Below, piece after piece: positions 1 to 13,700 of a stretch of 64,000 bases of DNA. Below the pieces are notes generated by a model, which had not been told where the DNA came from, did no database searches, and saw only the letters and a list, made by a program, of their open reading frames with translations. This stretch comes from Bugula neritina (Eukaryota > Animalia > Bryozoa), in the NCBI GenBank assembly GCA_964035545.1, contig OZ037766.1, forward strand, positions 10,034,722 through 10,098,721, written 5' to 3'. Each line of letters starts with the position of its first letter. Position 1 is the first letter of the stretch. Position numbers and translations under genes: made by a program.

Positions 1-242
1 AAAATAATTAGCACAATAATTAATTGTAGTCTATAATATATGTGTGAGTTGCCCATTCAGCTGCTACACATATTTCATTTTATTATAGCTTCCTAATGAA
101 TTAATTTGGTACAATATTGAACAAAAACCTTGGACCACCATTTTCATCATAACAGAAAGGTTTATTCTTCTCACCTGAATTCTTGCTTACGTTGAATGCT
201 TATATTGATTGGATCGGAATTTTTGACACGCTTTTTATTTAG

Positions 243-2116
243 GATTTATCGCTGTACCCGGAGCTGCTTTCGGTCAATTTACTGGAGGAGTCATTGTGAG
301 AAAGTTTAAACTAAAAGTCCGGGGCATTATAAGATTCAACATGGCGTGTACTGCGGCAGTTATTCTGCTTGTAGCAGTATTTTGGGCCAAGTGTGAACAA
401 GGAGATGTTGCTGGAGTAACTGTTGCTTATACAAATAAGTACGCAAGTCATTTACTGCACATACGAATACATATTATAAGACATACAATTAGAGTTTCCA
501 TGGCTAATAATGTGGAATGGTTAATGGTTAAAATTATTATTGTTATATAAAATTGTAGGCTACTTAAATTTTAAAAAAATTTGCTTGTTTTTTAACAACT
601 ATACTAGTTTAAAATTAAAAAAGCTTCTATAATTACAATGTATATGGTTATTAATTACAACACAGAGCTGTCTTATTTTATAGTGAGCCAGTATCTTCAG
701 TAAACTTAGCAGACAGTTGCAACAACAATTGTGGGTGTGACAAGTCAACTTACTCTCCAGTGTGTCTAGACGGTATAGAGTACTTCACACCTTGTCACGC
801 TGGATGTTTAGAACACAGCAGCACAGACACTAAGGCAATTTCTCACTTATTAGTAATTAGCATTATCTTCACTCTATAGCATGCATAGACAAAACTAAAA
901 GATCACTTCCAGTAGATGTATAAATGTACCACACTAGAGTGTAAATTGTACAATACAAATTTGTTCGAAGTTTTAAGTGTTGACATATTATATATTTATT
1001 TCAGAAGTATGTGAACTGTAGCTGTGCCATGAGTCAAGCTTCAAATATAAGCAGCATATTTTCATCATCGAATGGAACTATTAACGAAGCAGTTTTAGGA
1101 AAATGCAAATCCAATTGCAAGCTACTTTACGTATTTATTCCGGTGGTGTTTCTGGCCTTACTTGGTACTTTTATGATGGCTGTCCCTGGAACTACTATTA
1201 TTCTTAGGTATTGTAATATATTACTTCTAACAATAAACAGTTTTATCTTGTGCTCAACTAACATCTATAGTAGGCTAACACATACTATTCATTACTACAT
1301 AGTGTGCTCCTATCAAATTCACTGCAAATATTATGGGGTATTTATATAATTTTATCTAGGAGTGTCAATGATAAGCAGAGGACATTTGCTATCAGTATGC
1401 AACAGATGTGTATGAGATTTATAGGTAAGTGAAAAATTAGCTAATCTAAACTTGTTGGGTTTGTAAAGCTAGATGCACTGAAGCTCTCCTTGTCTTTCTC
1501 TTGGTTACAATAATATTTGAACTGCTCGTGAAGAAGGCGAAAGGAAAAGTGAAAAACTATAGCTGACTATATAATTTTGATGCAGTCAGAAGCCAAAATA
1601 TGATTTGTAGAAGACACATTTGCACACAGTAATTTTGATAGGCTGTCTCTGCGCTATGTGATAGTGGCTTTGCATTTACAGCAACGGTCTAAAAGTATTG
1701 GATAATAAGTTTGGAATAATACTAGTTAAATAATTTAACAGCATTGACCAACATTTTTATATACTCAAATCCTATGAACTATTTCAGTGATGACTACAAT
1801 ACTGCTGGTTAATCATTATATTAGTGTAATATGAAACAATTGAAATTCTTTTTCAGGAACAATTCCAGGTCCTTTGGTATTCGGTTACATCCTTGATCAG
1901 GTGTGCATAGTGTGGCAGGAGAAGTGCGGCAGTACTGGTTCGTGTTGGGTGTACAACAGCGAGCTCATGGGACAACACTTTTTCATAATGGGAGTTTGCG
2001 TGAAGGCAGTCACTTTGACGTTGCTAACCATAGCTTATTGCTTATACAAGCCTCCTGCTAAAGATGCTGCAGGTGAAGATTTATCATCGCAGAATTCCAC
2101 AGTAACTAAATTATAA
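243..2116 (+). CDS. SLCO/OATP organic anion transporter (SLCO4-like), 3' exons; 5' end lies upstream of the window
   Basis: Exons ~243-438, 683-834, 1005-1207, 1359-1424, 1857-2116 splice to FIAVPGAAFGQFTGG..CEQGDVAGVTVAY, Kazal-like CNNNCGCDKSTYSPVCLDGIEYFTPCHAGC, GTIPGPLVFGYILDQVCIVWQEKCGSTGSCWVY; TAA ends at 2116. These are OATP family hallmarks; subfamily uncertain. Confidence 0.9.
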
Positions 2117-2946
2117 ATTTAGTTCAGGAAGTGGAAGTGTTGCAGTGTTTACGTATTGCTGTGATTAAAATTAAATAACTTGTTTTGTACAATTTTTACC
2201 CAGTTGAATAACTATATTATATTTTGGTACATAATGGTGCTACTGAATTAAAGTTATACAAATTCCTTAATATGTTCATCAAACTCACCAAATCAACAAG
2301 TATTACTAGTTTATAGTATATGTCCATATTTTCATACTAAACATTATTATATAATATCTTTTATGAGTCCACATTTATTGTAATTCATATATGTGCATCT
2401 TACTCTTACCAAAAAACCTAAATAATTAGACATTTATATTTTCACACATAACCTCACAAAAAATGGAATTTCTACTATAAGCCAAAATATTTTTTTAAAA
2501 ACTTGAGAAACATGTGTTGATATATACATAAGTATATGACGTAATAGAATACTTTTAACACCTAAAGCAAAATGGTGTTTGCTGTTAATTTACAAAATAA
2601 AACTTTTGCTAAAGTGTGAGTCTATATGTCATATAGCTATATCTTATCCAATGTTTAAGTAAAATAAGTTTATATTTTCATATTAATTGAAAATAGTTCA
2701 CATTTATAATTAAAAGATATTTCTTGCCATTCAGTATTGATGAGCAAATAATCACACTGAGTGGTCAACATAAACATGAAAATACACTGAAAAATGCTGC
2801 CAAATGCAAACAAGATCCAATTTGCAGCTGTGGATGTACACGTGAGTGAATACAGAATAGAATAAAATGCTCTTTACGTTAAGTATTATAAAATTCAGAA
2901 AATATAAGTTACTGTCCGACACCTGTATAAAAAATATCACATGTGG

Positions 2947-5900
2947 CTATGAAGGCATGTGTCTAACATGCAAGTTGACTATGTATTGAGAGTTGCTCTT
3001 CCTTTGAACACTTATAGCAAACGGCATAGTAGGGTGGAAGGTGAAGGCAACTAACCGTCTAGTGTTACCACTCGGACTCTTTTCTGCCAGACTTCCGGTG
3101 TGAATCTTGAATTTGAGCAAATTACTTTGACGTCCATAAAACCTAAATAGAAGAATAGAGATGAAAAAAAGGTATTAAAAATTATAAGATTAATTTACCA
3201 AATAAGAAACATTAAGCCAGAACATTGCCACCATAAAACTTTAAGCAAATGTCTAAAATGCATAGAAACCGAGCTGAGAGTATAAATTCAAAGTTTTGTT
3301 GATGACATAAAATGAAAACTCTTAGGAAAGGCAACAGCATGCAATATAGTCTCAAACAGATGTAAAAGTGCTAATATATCCTACATATAGTCAACTGGGT
3401 CTTTGAATCAGCATAAATTTTTACCGGTGAACTATGGCATTTATTATTATAAAGTCACTTGAATTAACACCTTCAACATTATTTGCTACATAAACCAGCT
3501 CATAAAAACATTTCACCTGTTGGCTGTATCATGGGTAAAGTACAGTCTGTCCCGCAGGTAAAGCCTGCCAATAAATGACCCCAGAAAAATCACAAATCAT
3601 AAAGTTTGAAGTACCAGGAGTCAGTGTACTATGCTAACTGAAGATTATGTGCCACCTCCTTATAACTTCACTATACTACATGAACTATAAACTATACCAG
3701 CTACTTTTGTTCAAATGTAGATGTTCTAAAAAAATTTCCTTCTGAGCAATCACAACACTTCACCTTTTTTGATTTTTTTCCTTTTCATTTAAAATTCACC
3801 AAAAAACATGTTTCATACAATGCAATTAGTAAAACTTATCTGTATTACCCGACATTCTAGAACTTGGGATTTTCTTTATGTTATAGCCAATGTAAGATTT
3901 GTGAATATAATGTTGTGCTTAATGGATGCTGAAGGTATGAAACTAGTAGTTATACAATAACATATAGTACCAACTATAAATCACTTCAATTACTTAATCT
4001 TATAACTACTCATTACTCAATACAGAGCAAATTGAGTACTTCTATCTACTACCTTACAATACATTTTATGTCACTGTAGATTTATACTTGTACATAATAA
4101 AAAACTATTTTAGCATGTTCCATCAGCTATATTTTCTACTTATATGTTCAAGCATAACCAGTAAGATTAGTTCTGATGAAATTGGAATAATTAAGAATGG
4201 TTTGCAGTGTGAATGTGTCAAAGCTCAGCATCATTCAACAGCAACTACTGACCTGATAGGATAGTCACCGCAGGTTTTAGGTCTTTCCATCACAGACACC
4301 CATTTGTCATCATAACTGAAGAGTGTGAGATCGAGATAAGGACTGGAGCTGTAAGATTGAGCACTGATGGGTAACTGAGCAAGTATTCTCTTCACAGCTT
4401 CTGTATGTCCTCCATTCCTAAATCATTTAATATTAAATAATATTTTTAATAGAAAAACATTTTCGTTCTGAAAATGATTATCTCCCCATTGTACCAGGAA
4501 TGAAAGAAGTGGTTTAAATACAAAAGTATAGATATTAAAGATGTATCATTAGCTAGCATAAAATATTATTTCTGATAATTATAAATTTTAACATCAAGTT
4601 ATTAGATTAGAGCTAATAAAATTTGTGTCTTCATACATGGAATACAGTTTAAGGCAGAGACTGATACTTCACGTGTAAGTCAACGTTTGCATTGAAAAAC
4701 CTTTTGATCCAGTAAATTTAGCAGTGCTAAAAACTTTTGTTATAATAGCTGAGCAAAATTTTTAAATTCTAACTTTAAATTAAGGAATATGACAGAGCTA
4801 TGGCGACATCCCTAAACCATAGCAGAGCTGGGTTGAAGTCACAGCAAGTCAACAAGTCAAGCCATGGATTCAAAACTTTGTAAATTACGTCAATAAATTT
4901 AAAGTAAATGCAGGTACTTGATCAGGTTAACGAATGTGATGTCTATTCAAGATATTACACATAATTATTAGGAGTTGGTGAATAGTTACATGTATTTAGC
5001 AGCTTAGATAAAAAGTATCAATATGTTTTGTTAGGTGTAGCTGTTGTGAAATTAATGTTTACTTATATTCGTTTTCTAATAAAAACTAACATCAGTTGCC
5101 GTAATAATAACTGATTTACAATAGGTATTAAATCACATTGAAATTATAGAACTGATTGCTGAAGACATTATTAAAACACTTTCAAATAATTTAAAGTTTA
5201 AACATTCGCTATAAATGCTGAAAATTAATTCAAAGCAAATCGGTAACTACAGTTTCTTAGAATTTCCAAAGCTTGCAGAAAATAAATATATTATTGTCTT
5301 TCAAATCAAACAGTCAAGTCAATTTATGCAAAAAGTTAATGAATTTCAACTTAGATCTAATTTTGTACACATACCTTGCATTAATAATGGTTTGTTTGAA
5401 CCTAGCCTGCACTTGTCTAGCATAAATATTGTTGGTGGCGGAGCATAATACTCCATCACCTTGCAGGGGAAGCACATTTCGAAATTGGTCTGAAAAATTT
5501 TCAAACAGAGATAACAACTCGTTAGAGCTATTCTCCCAGACTCCAAGCACCTATAAAATATATAGTATTTACCATAAGGTACATCTTTCATCAGAACATA
5601 TCACAATCTCTTTTGTCAAGTAGCACTGTAACAACAAAGCAAATCACTGCAAACGACAGCATTCACAGTGACTGTAATTTAGGCCGATATACAGCAATTA
5701 TAACTACAAGAACTTAATACAAAATCATGATATATACACTTAATATAATATTTCACAACAAAACCAACAGGCAAACACATAAACTATCAATTTAAGTTCA
5801 CTTTTATCAAAATCTTATTGTATGTGTTGTTATATTTATTTATTGAAAAAGCAGATAAAAATAAATAAATACAGACTTAACAAAAAGGAACAGAGCAACC

Positions 5901-7818
5901 AGAAAACAAATCTGAGTGTGTTGTATGTGTTTACTAACTTGAGTCGTGTTGAAATTATAAAGGACGAAGAAGGCGGGCTGCGTGTTAGGATCTTGTACCC
6001 TCAAGGTTACCACATCTTCGCTGGCATATTTAATGAGCAAATGGGACTCGTCTACGAGTTGCATTTTCCACATCCGCAATTCACGGAATTGGTCAAAATA
6101 CCGATAAAATCTAAATTAAAACAAAGAATGGCTACAAAGTAAATCTACTCAAGGATAATCAATATTTAAAATATAAACTAGACTTCATCAAAATTGATAA
6201 GAAGAAATTTAGTGGAGTCAAGACTCAATGTTAGTTTCAAAGTTACCTTTTTAATTCGTATGGGCTATCTGCCTGTGCCTGCTTATATAAAAATGTAAGC
6301 AATCTGTGCTTTAGAGAGTTAATCGGCTTTTCGTTAAAAACTTTCACAACAGAATGAGAGAGCGGTTGGGGACGATCCCCAGTCATCTGTTGACAGTATG
6401 CTCTGCCCTCATGTGTTTCTCGGCCCAGTGATAAATAAATTTCATCATCTTCATAGCAAAACCTCCCTGCAGATAGAGTAACATTATTACCACATATAAC
6501 ACGTATATCATTACTATATGTAGTATGATTGCACAAACAGAACTTCATTTGGTGCTTTTAATTACTGGTTTTAAGAAATAAAAAAACACTTAGCTTTCTT
6601 TAAACAAAACACAATGAAATAAAAAAAACTGCACAAACCTATGGATCTAACATCCTGTAGTTTGCCATTTTCTTCTATGTGAAGAATATGGATGGTTTGT
6701 TGCTGGACGGACAGAACTGCTAGTGTGTTGTCATACAAGTACAGACCCTGCGAGTGAATGCGTAAATCATGTTACAATAGTGTGGTGTTGTTAGCAAAAT
6801 TTGAATTTCTATTGGGAATACTAAATACGAAAATAATTACTAAACATATAAAATAAGTAATAAATTGCAGCATAGCATATCTAATACTAACATAAAATAA
6901 ACATTGACAAAAACATTGTAACAATTATTATGAACTTTTCAGCTTACCTGATTGTGGGAAAGAAAAATTTTGTCACAAATATATTGTCTGGTATCGCAGC
7001 ACACACCAAGTTCAAGGTCAATTATATGAAGAGTATAGTTTTCCAAAGGAGCCCTTTGTTCATTGGGGGACACAGATTCATTATTTCTATGTGCCTAAAA
7101 AAACAATACTGAAAAACCACGTACTGTGTTTGATCAAATAACAAGAGAACTACAACATGAGAAATTGTAACTAAAATAAGTGAAGATAGAGTCTACCTCG
7201 TGAAAGGTGGGAGGGGGGTCGGTAGGTATACTGGCAGCCGACCCAACAATAATGTAACGGCTGTTGGCAGTAAATAGACTACATTCTCTATTAAGGTGCT
7301 CATTGCCATCTCCTAGGATAACTGAAAATCATCAAAATATAAGTGCTAAATATTATTTATTGTACAAAGTTATATAACACCATAACAAATTCAACTTTAG
7401 TGTACAAAACCATCTACCATCAATGTGTTACTGTGGGAACATGTGTGCACACTAGCATTATCAAAATAATTCAACAAAAAACAACTAATTGAAATATATG
7501 TAGGCTATAAACTAACCAGTGTGTAAAAGAGTAAAGAAGCGATTAAATACTGTACTCCTAATATTATTAGTTCTGGCTGACTTCTCTACTAAAACGTCTC
7601 CATGACATTCTGCCAATAAGTCTTCTGCAGCAGCAGGACCTTCACATATATAAATATAATATACACATATAAATATAATATACATATGTAAGTATAATAT
7701 ACATATATAAATAGAATATACATATATAAGTATAATATACATATATCTAAGTATAATATTCATATAAGTATAATATAAATATGTAAGTATAATATTCATA
7801 TATAAGTATAATATATAG

Positions 7819-7884
<66 letters not shown>

Positions 7885-8655
7885 TAATATACATGTATAA
7901 GTATAATATGCATATATAAATATAATATTCATATAAGTAGAATATAAATATATAAGTATAATATACATGTATAAGTATAATATACATATATAAGTATAAT
8001 ATGCATATATATGTATAATATAATATAATAAACAACAAAGCATAGCATTCTATCCTTACAACTACTACAATTTTTTTACAATTTGAACAAAGACCAATAC
8101 AAGTAATCACACAGATTAAATTAAAAGCTATAAGAAATTATTCTAGCTAAACTACTACATTGAATCTACAAACAATGCTGTATAAACAAGGCCCATATTT
8201 GGTAACTACATTTATTATTGGCTCTAGCAACATTAGTTTTCTTGCTTTTTATACATACTAAAGCGTTGTGGTAATGTATCTATTAATAGTTGAAAAGTTG
8301 GCAAGTATATAAAACTCAATGATGTAGTTCTACAAGCATATTGCAGCAGTTGAGATGAATTTTCAACATAATGTAGTTATGTTGATTTTTCCCAATTACC
8401 TTTAAAGCTATAAATTTCAAGAGAGGCTTGGTCAGAAGAAAAGGCCACAAAATAGCGACCATCCGGAGAAAACTTTCGTAAAAAGCATGGGGGCTTCTCT
8501 ACATCTATAATGGTGAAGTTTGGCAAAATGTTACAATAAAATTTTCGAGCCACGTGATGATGGGTGTTGGGTTTGGAGATGAATGTCTCTCTATTCCTTA
8601 ATCGATGAAGAATAGACAAATCTTTAACTGTTTTCACTTTAAATCCTAAATCCAT
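2947..8655 (-). CDS. DET1: DET1 (de-etiolated 1 homolog, COP1/DDB1-CUL4 E3 ligase partner), about 12 exons
   Basis: First coding exon gives [41 protein letters not shown]. Internal exons give [15 protein letters not shown] and [15 protein letters not shown]. Last exon gives [29 protein letters not shown] with stop at 2947-2949. All match DET1 as I recall it. Confidence 0.95.
7645..8030. repeat. AT-rich minisatellite (AAGTATAATATACATATATA-like units) surrounding a (TA)n microsatellite at ~7820-7880, in a DET1 intron
   Basis: Directly visible; it generates the spurious YIYI ORFs. Confidence 0.9.
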
Positions 8656-9079
8656 AGCATCTACAAAAATAACCCTTTAATATTGAGTAAAATACTATAA
8701 AAATAAGGCATTAGCTGCATTACTCTTAGGCTTACCAATTAAATGTGGATTTTCATTTTGTATAGTTATAATAATTCTAATTCATAGTTCTACTATTACT
8801 ATAACTATTAGTAGTAGTGTTATATAGCTATAATAAACTACATAATCACAATAACAGCAATACACTGGTGGTGTATTAAGTTAATTATTTATACTATTAA
8901 TTTCACGTAGTCAAACTCAAAGTCAATGTAATTTGAACTGCAAAAATACTTAACAGGAAATGAACGTTTTAAAGTTCAGATGTGTTCGCTTACTCACATT
9001 TGCACACGGGTAAACAATATTATTAAGAATTTTGTAGCGAGTATTTTTATGTTTCGTGATACTTTGCACGTGTATTGCA

Positions 9080-9860
9080 TATTAGTATGATATTAGTACT
9101 ACTACTAGTACTAGTAGTGGCTTAACATTGACTGTAACTGTAGGAGTATCAACTATCAATATTTATGATAACTGTACTAAATCAGTAATATAACTATTAG
9201 TATATGCGTTTTATGTTTTATATCTATAGTTAGTGCTATTAGTATTACTATAACAGTATAAGTTATACTATAACTATAAGTATAAGACAAGTAATACTAT
9301 TAGTATTACTAATACTAATAGTAATACTAATAGTAATAGTATAACTAATACTAATAGTAATACTATCAGTATTACTATTAGTATTACTATTAGTATTACT
9401 ATTAGACTTAGTATTACTATTAGTATTACTATAACTATTACTATTAGTATTACTATAAGTATTAGACTTAGAGTTACAGTTACACTCAAAGTCAAATTCA
9501 ATGGCTGTCACTGTCAGTCATTGTCAAGTCACACTCATTATCATTATGATTATCACTGTCAGACTCAGTGTCTTACAATTACTATTAGTGAATTACACTT
9601 GCAGTTGCAGTTACAGTTTGAGTTACAGTTGGACTAAATGTTATTGTTATTCATATTATTAGGCCTATTGTTTACCTTTGGCTTTAGGCTTTATGACTTA
9701 AACTTGAAGTTAAACCTAATCACTCATTTATTTTTTCTCAGTTCTGTCTTACTTTTGACTTGCACTTTGGGCTTGGCTTTCACTTTGTCTTTTAGTTTTA
9801 GTTTTAGTGTTAGTGTTACTCATCTTCATAGTCATGCTGTTAGTGTTACTGTTACTGTTG
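9080..9860. repeat. Low-complexity 3/6-nt periodic tract (TAGTAT/TACTAT/TTAGTG) in the DET1-NOL8 divergent intergenic region
   Basis: Visible repeats such as TATTAGTATTAC; they produce the ILIVILIV and NSNT pseudo-ORFs. Confidence 0.8.
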
Positions 9861-10756
9861 GTAACTTGCAATGCTTAGTTGAATATTCAAACATGAAGGG
9901 TGTTGATAGAGTTGATAAGTAGTTACTAGCAGTAGCATTTTTTGGTTCAGCATGGTAAAAAATATCTGGTTCTAGCCATTTTAAATCCACATTTATCATC
10001 AATCAATAATATTTATCTTGCAATATCTGCCGCAACACATTTATTTTTAAAACTCAGCTAGTACTAGTAGCTGTAGTAACTCAATTTCACTAATATGCTG
10101 AGATCATGGCTGATTGTTTAATTTATTTTGATCAATTTTACAAAAGCACTACTAAATTTGTAAGATTCAGTGAGCTTACAAAACTACAAAGCTGTAAGTA
10201 TAAATATGAAAAGTTAAATTACACAATTTTGAATTCTGATTTGCCGAAATTTCAAAGAGCTTCTGCAAGTCACTTGGGATTTTGGCATTTTTTTTCAGTA
10301 AATCCAATTAATCAGGGGGGGGGGCAAATAACATAAAGTTAATGTACTTCAGCAAGTTGACCTAATTATAGGAATTTTAAGCACTTCAGCTTGCAAGTAT
10401 TTGATTTGGCCCTAGCTTTGACGAAATTTAATACTAGTAATGATTGTAACAGTGGATCTAATAATTAGTATGATAAATTAGTGACTCAAATTTCATTCTC
10501 AATGATACCAAAATTACACAACTATACATTTATGTTACTGTAAAATGTTATATCTTAAACTCATATTTATAGTTTAGACAATACACTCGTGGCAAGAAGC
10601 ATAATTCAGTGTGTGGTTAATGGATTGATATTATTATATATAAATGTTATGAGTAGTAATCAACATTATTATACTTGTAATAAATTTATGAGCTTAAAAT
10701 ATAGTTAGTTTTCGCTACCATATCATATTTTAGGTTGCTTACCATCTTAGGAATCA

Positions 10757-13700
10757 ATGGAACTTATGCGGATGTTTGTTGGCGGTTTGCCGAAGCATAT
10801 AGCTGAAGAAGAACTTCGTACCCGCTTTACTAAATACGGAAAAATTACAACTGTTGACATCAAAAATAAACATAACCCTACAGGTGATAAGAGTGTTTTT
10901 CAATTCATAAAGTTTTAATAAAATGACTTTATTCATCTTCAAAATGATAGGCCTGGTTTTATCTATTGTTCACTTATTGGTAAATATTTTATTCATAGTT
11001 ACTTGAATTGAATTTGATTTTAGAGCCTGGTTTTGTGAACAAATATTTCACAGATATACCATTGAACGCTTGTGTTGTCTATGATCAAACAAGTATTCTG
11101 TTTTGTAGGAGAGTGGAATAAGACTTTTGCTTATCTCAATATTTACATGACACAACAAGGTTTTCAAAAGTGTAAGTTATCTATTCTTTTTTGTCTGAAA
11201 AGTTTGATAAATTTTGATGAGTATTTTATTAAAATATCATTTGCATAAGTTGGTTGAACTTTTCCAAATTGTCTAGGTCGAAGTCAATTGAACAACACTA
11301 CTTGGAGAGACGGAAAAATTACTATTCAATTGGCAAAGCAAGATGCCTGTTCCAAGTAAGTTTGGGTTACTCGGGTAGTCATTGATGTTGAAAAAAAGTT
11401 TAGTTAATTAATACATAAGACTGATCTGAATGTTTTTATTGTCTGTAAAATGGATTATTTATTTTAATGATTATCTTAATTTCTATGCCACCATTTGACA
11501 TTAAACAATTGTTCAGATATGCAGAAGAAAGAAAATCCCACATAGAAAGTGATCGAAATACAGAAGCAGATGCTCCAGCTAGTGTAATACCCACCGTGAA
11601 GAAGGGAGCTGTTCCTGGTACTCTACTTCCTGAGAATGAGGTAAATGTGTTATGAACATTTCATTGTTTGTCCCCAGTTTATAGGGGTGTTTTACTGCGC
11701 AGTCATGTTGTAGCTTACCTTTATATAGATGATAATGTGTGGCACAAGAGCAACAATAATCGAAATTGGCAATATAAAATTCATTTTTTATGGCTAGTTA
11801 CATATGATTCAAGACGTCAAGAGACAGAGTGTACAGTTTTTTATTTTTGTTAACATTTTTAAATTTGCTCTCAGCATTTCAGGAGTCATTAGCCCAAAAT
11901 TGAAGGCAGCTACAACTCTAGAATAAACACTTTAAAATATAAGACAATATTGGGAAAAAATTTTCAGGCTGTAGCATCATATAGGTTAAATTATAAATTC
12001 CGTATTTGTTCTATGGTTTGCATGTGATATGTATTATATTAATCCTTGCGTTTATAATCATTCTTTCTTCATAAAGGTTTTGTGCTATGATATGCAAATT
12101 TCTCTGGGACTAGTCACTAATTGATCATGTACTGTTTAGTGGTACTGTTTTTTTCTATTTCATTGTTAACTTTTGAATTTATATTATTTGGGTTAAATAA
12201 AATTTAGTATTAAAAATCAGTTTACATCAAATAGCATCAATAAAAATGTTTTTAAGCTAGAACGCCATGAGCTTGTGTCATTGATTGTAAATGCTTATTA
12301 AGTCCGAAAAAATATTTCCTGTACCATGAGTCATGACTCTCTGAAGCTGCTGCTCTTTCAGAGCTTTCTTATTGCAAAACTGAGTTCTACATTGCAGATT
12401 CTTAAAACTTTGTTTTTGTATTCTGGTAGGAATATTTTTTCTCATCTTTCCTGCTTTATGCCATTGGGAGCTCAAAATAAAGGGTTTACACATCAGAAAT
12501 TATATAGATCATTTATTGGATATTAAAATAATGTTGCATTGTTGTAGAATTGGGTAGTTACTAAGTACCAGAGAGTTGTTCCAGTGATGAACATAAGAAG
12601 TAAAGATAAAAAGAAAGTTATAAAATATGACCCATCTAAACACTGCCATCAAATTAAGAAGTTGGACAATGGGAAAAATATCAAGAATACTGTAAGTGTA
12701 ATATGTACATCATATAATTTCTATATCTTATTTCGTTCTCATTTCTGCATGTGTATTATTCTGTTTGTGAATGGTAGTTGTGAAGATTTTAATTGTATGA
12801 GTAGAATGATGAAGTGGCCGTCTCACAACTGTCTTGGGTATTAGAGGAAGAGGAATCTACTTCTTCGGAAAGTTATAAGGCGAAGATTGGAAACTTTACT
12901 GACAGGACCAACAAAAATACTAATGGCAGAAGTGCAGCTGAAATTTTAATGTCCCGAGCTGGTAAGGTTATTAACAATTTGATACATATGACAATGTTAG
13001 GTTTTCTATATGCACATTGACCCTTTGTTTTAGGATGATGACACTTTTCATTGAAAAGGCTATATTTGGTATTTTATAAAAATATAATTTGTTTTTTGGA
13101 TCCAATGCTTTTTTTATTCAAAAGAAAAACAATTGATAATTAAACGTTTGATAGATAACTTTCATATGGTAAGGAATATCAGACTTTAAATTTAACTCGT
13201 AGAATTTCATTAACTCGTCTATGAAAATGGCTCACTAAAACAATTATTTAACTCTGCATGGATATAGCTATATTTTATTTAATGTAGAATGTTTATATGC
13301 TAGAAAAATTGTCTTATATTTAAAAATGATGATTTTTCTAAATTAGCTTGATGCTCTGCTGCATTTAAAGCTGGGTACTGAAGATGAAAAGAAAAAAATC
13401 AAGTGGTAAATTTTTGTCGAATGACTTATTACATGTACATACTGGTAAAGTTTTGAAACTCTGAGAGTCATTCAAGTTCTAGTCTTTTTATTAGTTGTGG
13501 CTCTGTTATATTGTACCTAAGTGTATGCATATCATTTAAGCTTTCCAATTACGCATCATCTTAGTTGGTTCATTTTTTATAGCTGTAATTAGTTTACACA
13601 TTATTTTGGCTCTTTCTAAGGTCATTTGGAAAGTTTTCAAATTTCCTTATATATGCATATTATTTTGTCTATCACTACATGAATTTGATAAACAATTTTG

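Noticed and set aside
7512-9922. ORFs with YIYI, ILIV or NSNT runs (also 30919-31128 and 41052-41237)
   Set aside because: Translations of microsatellite or low-complexity DNA.
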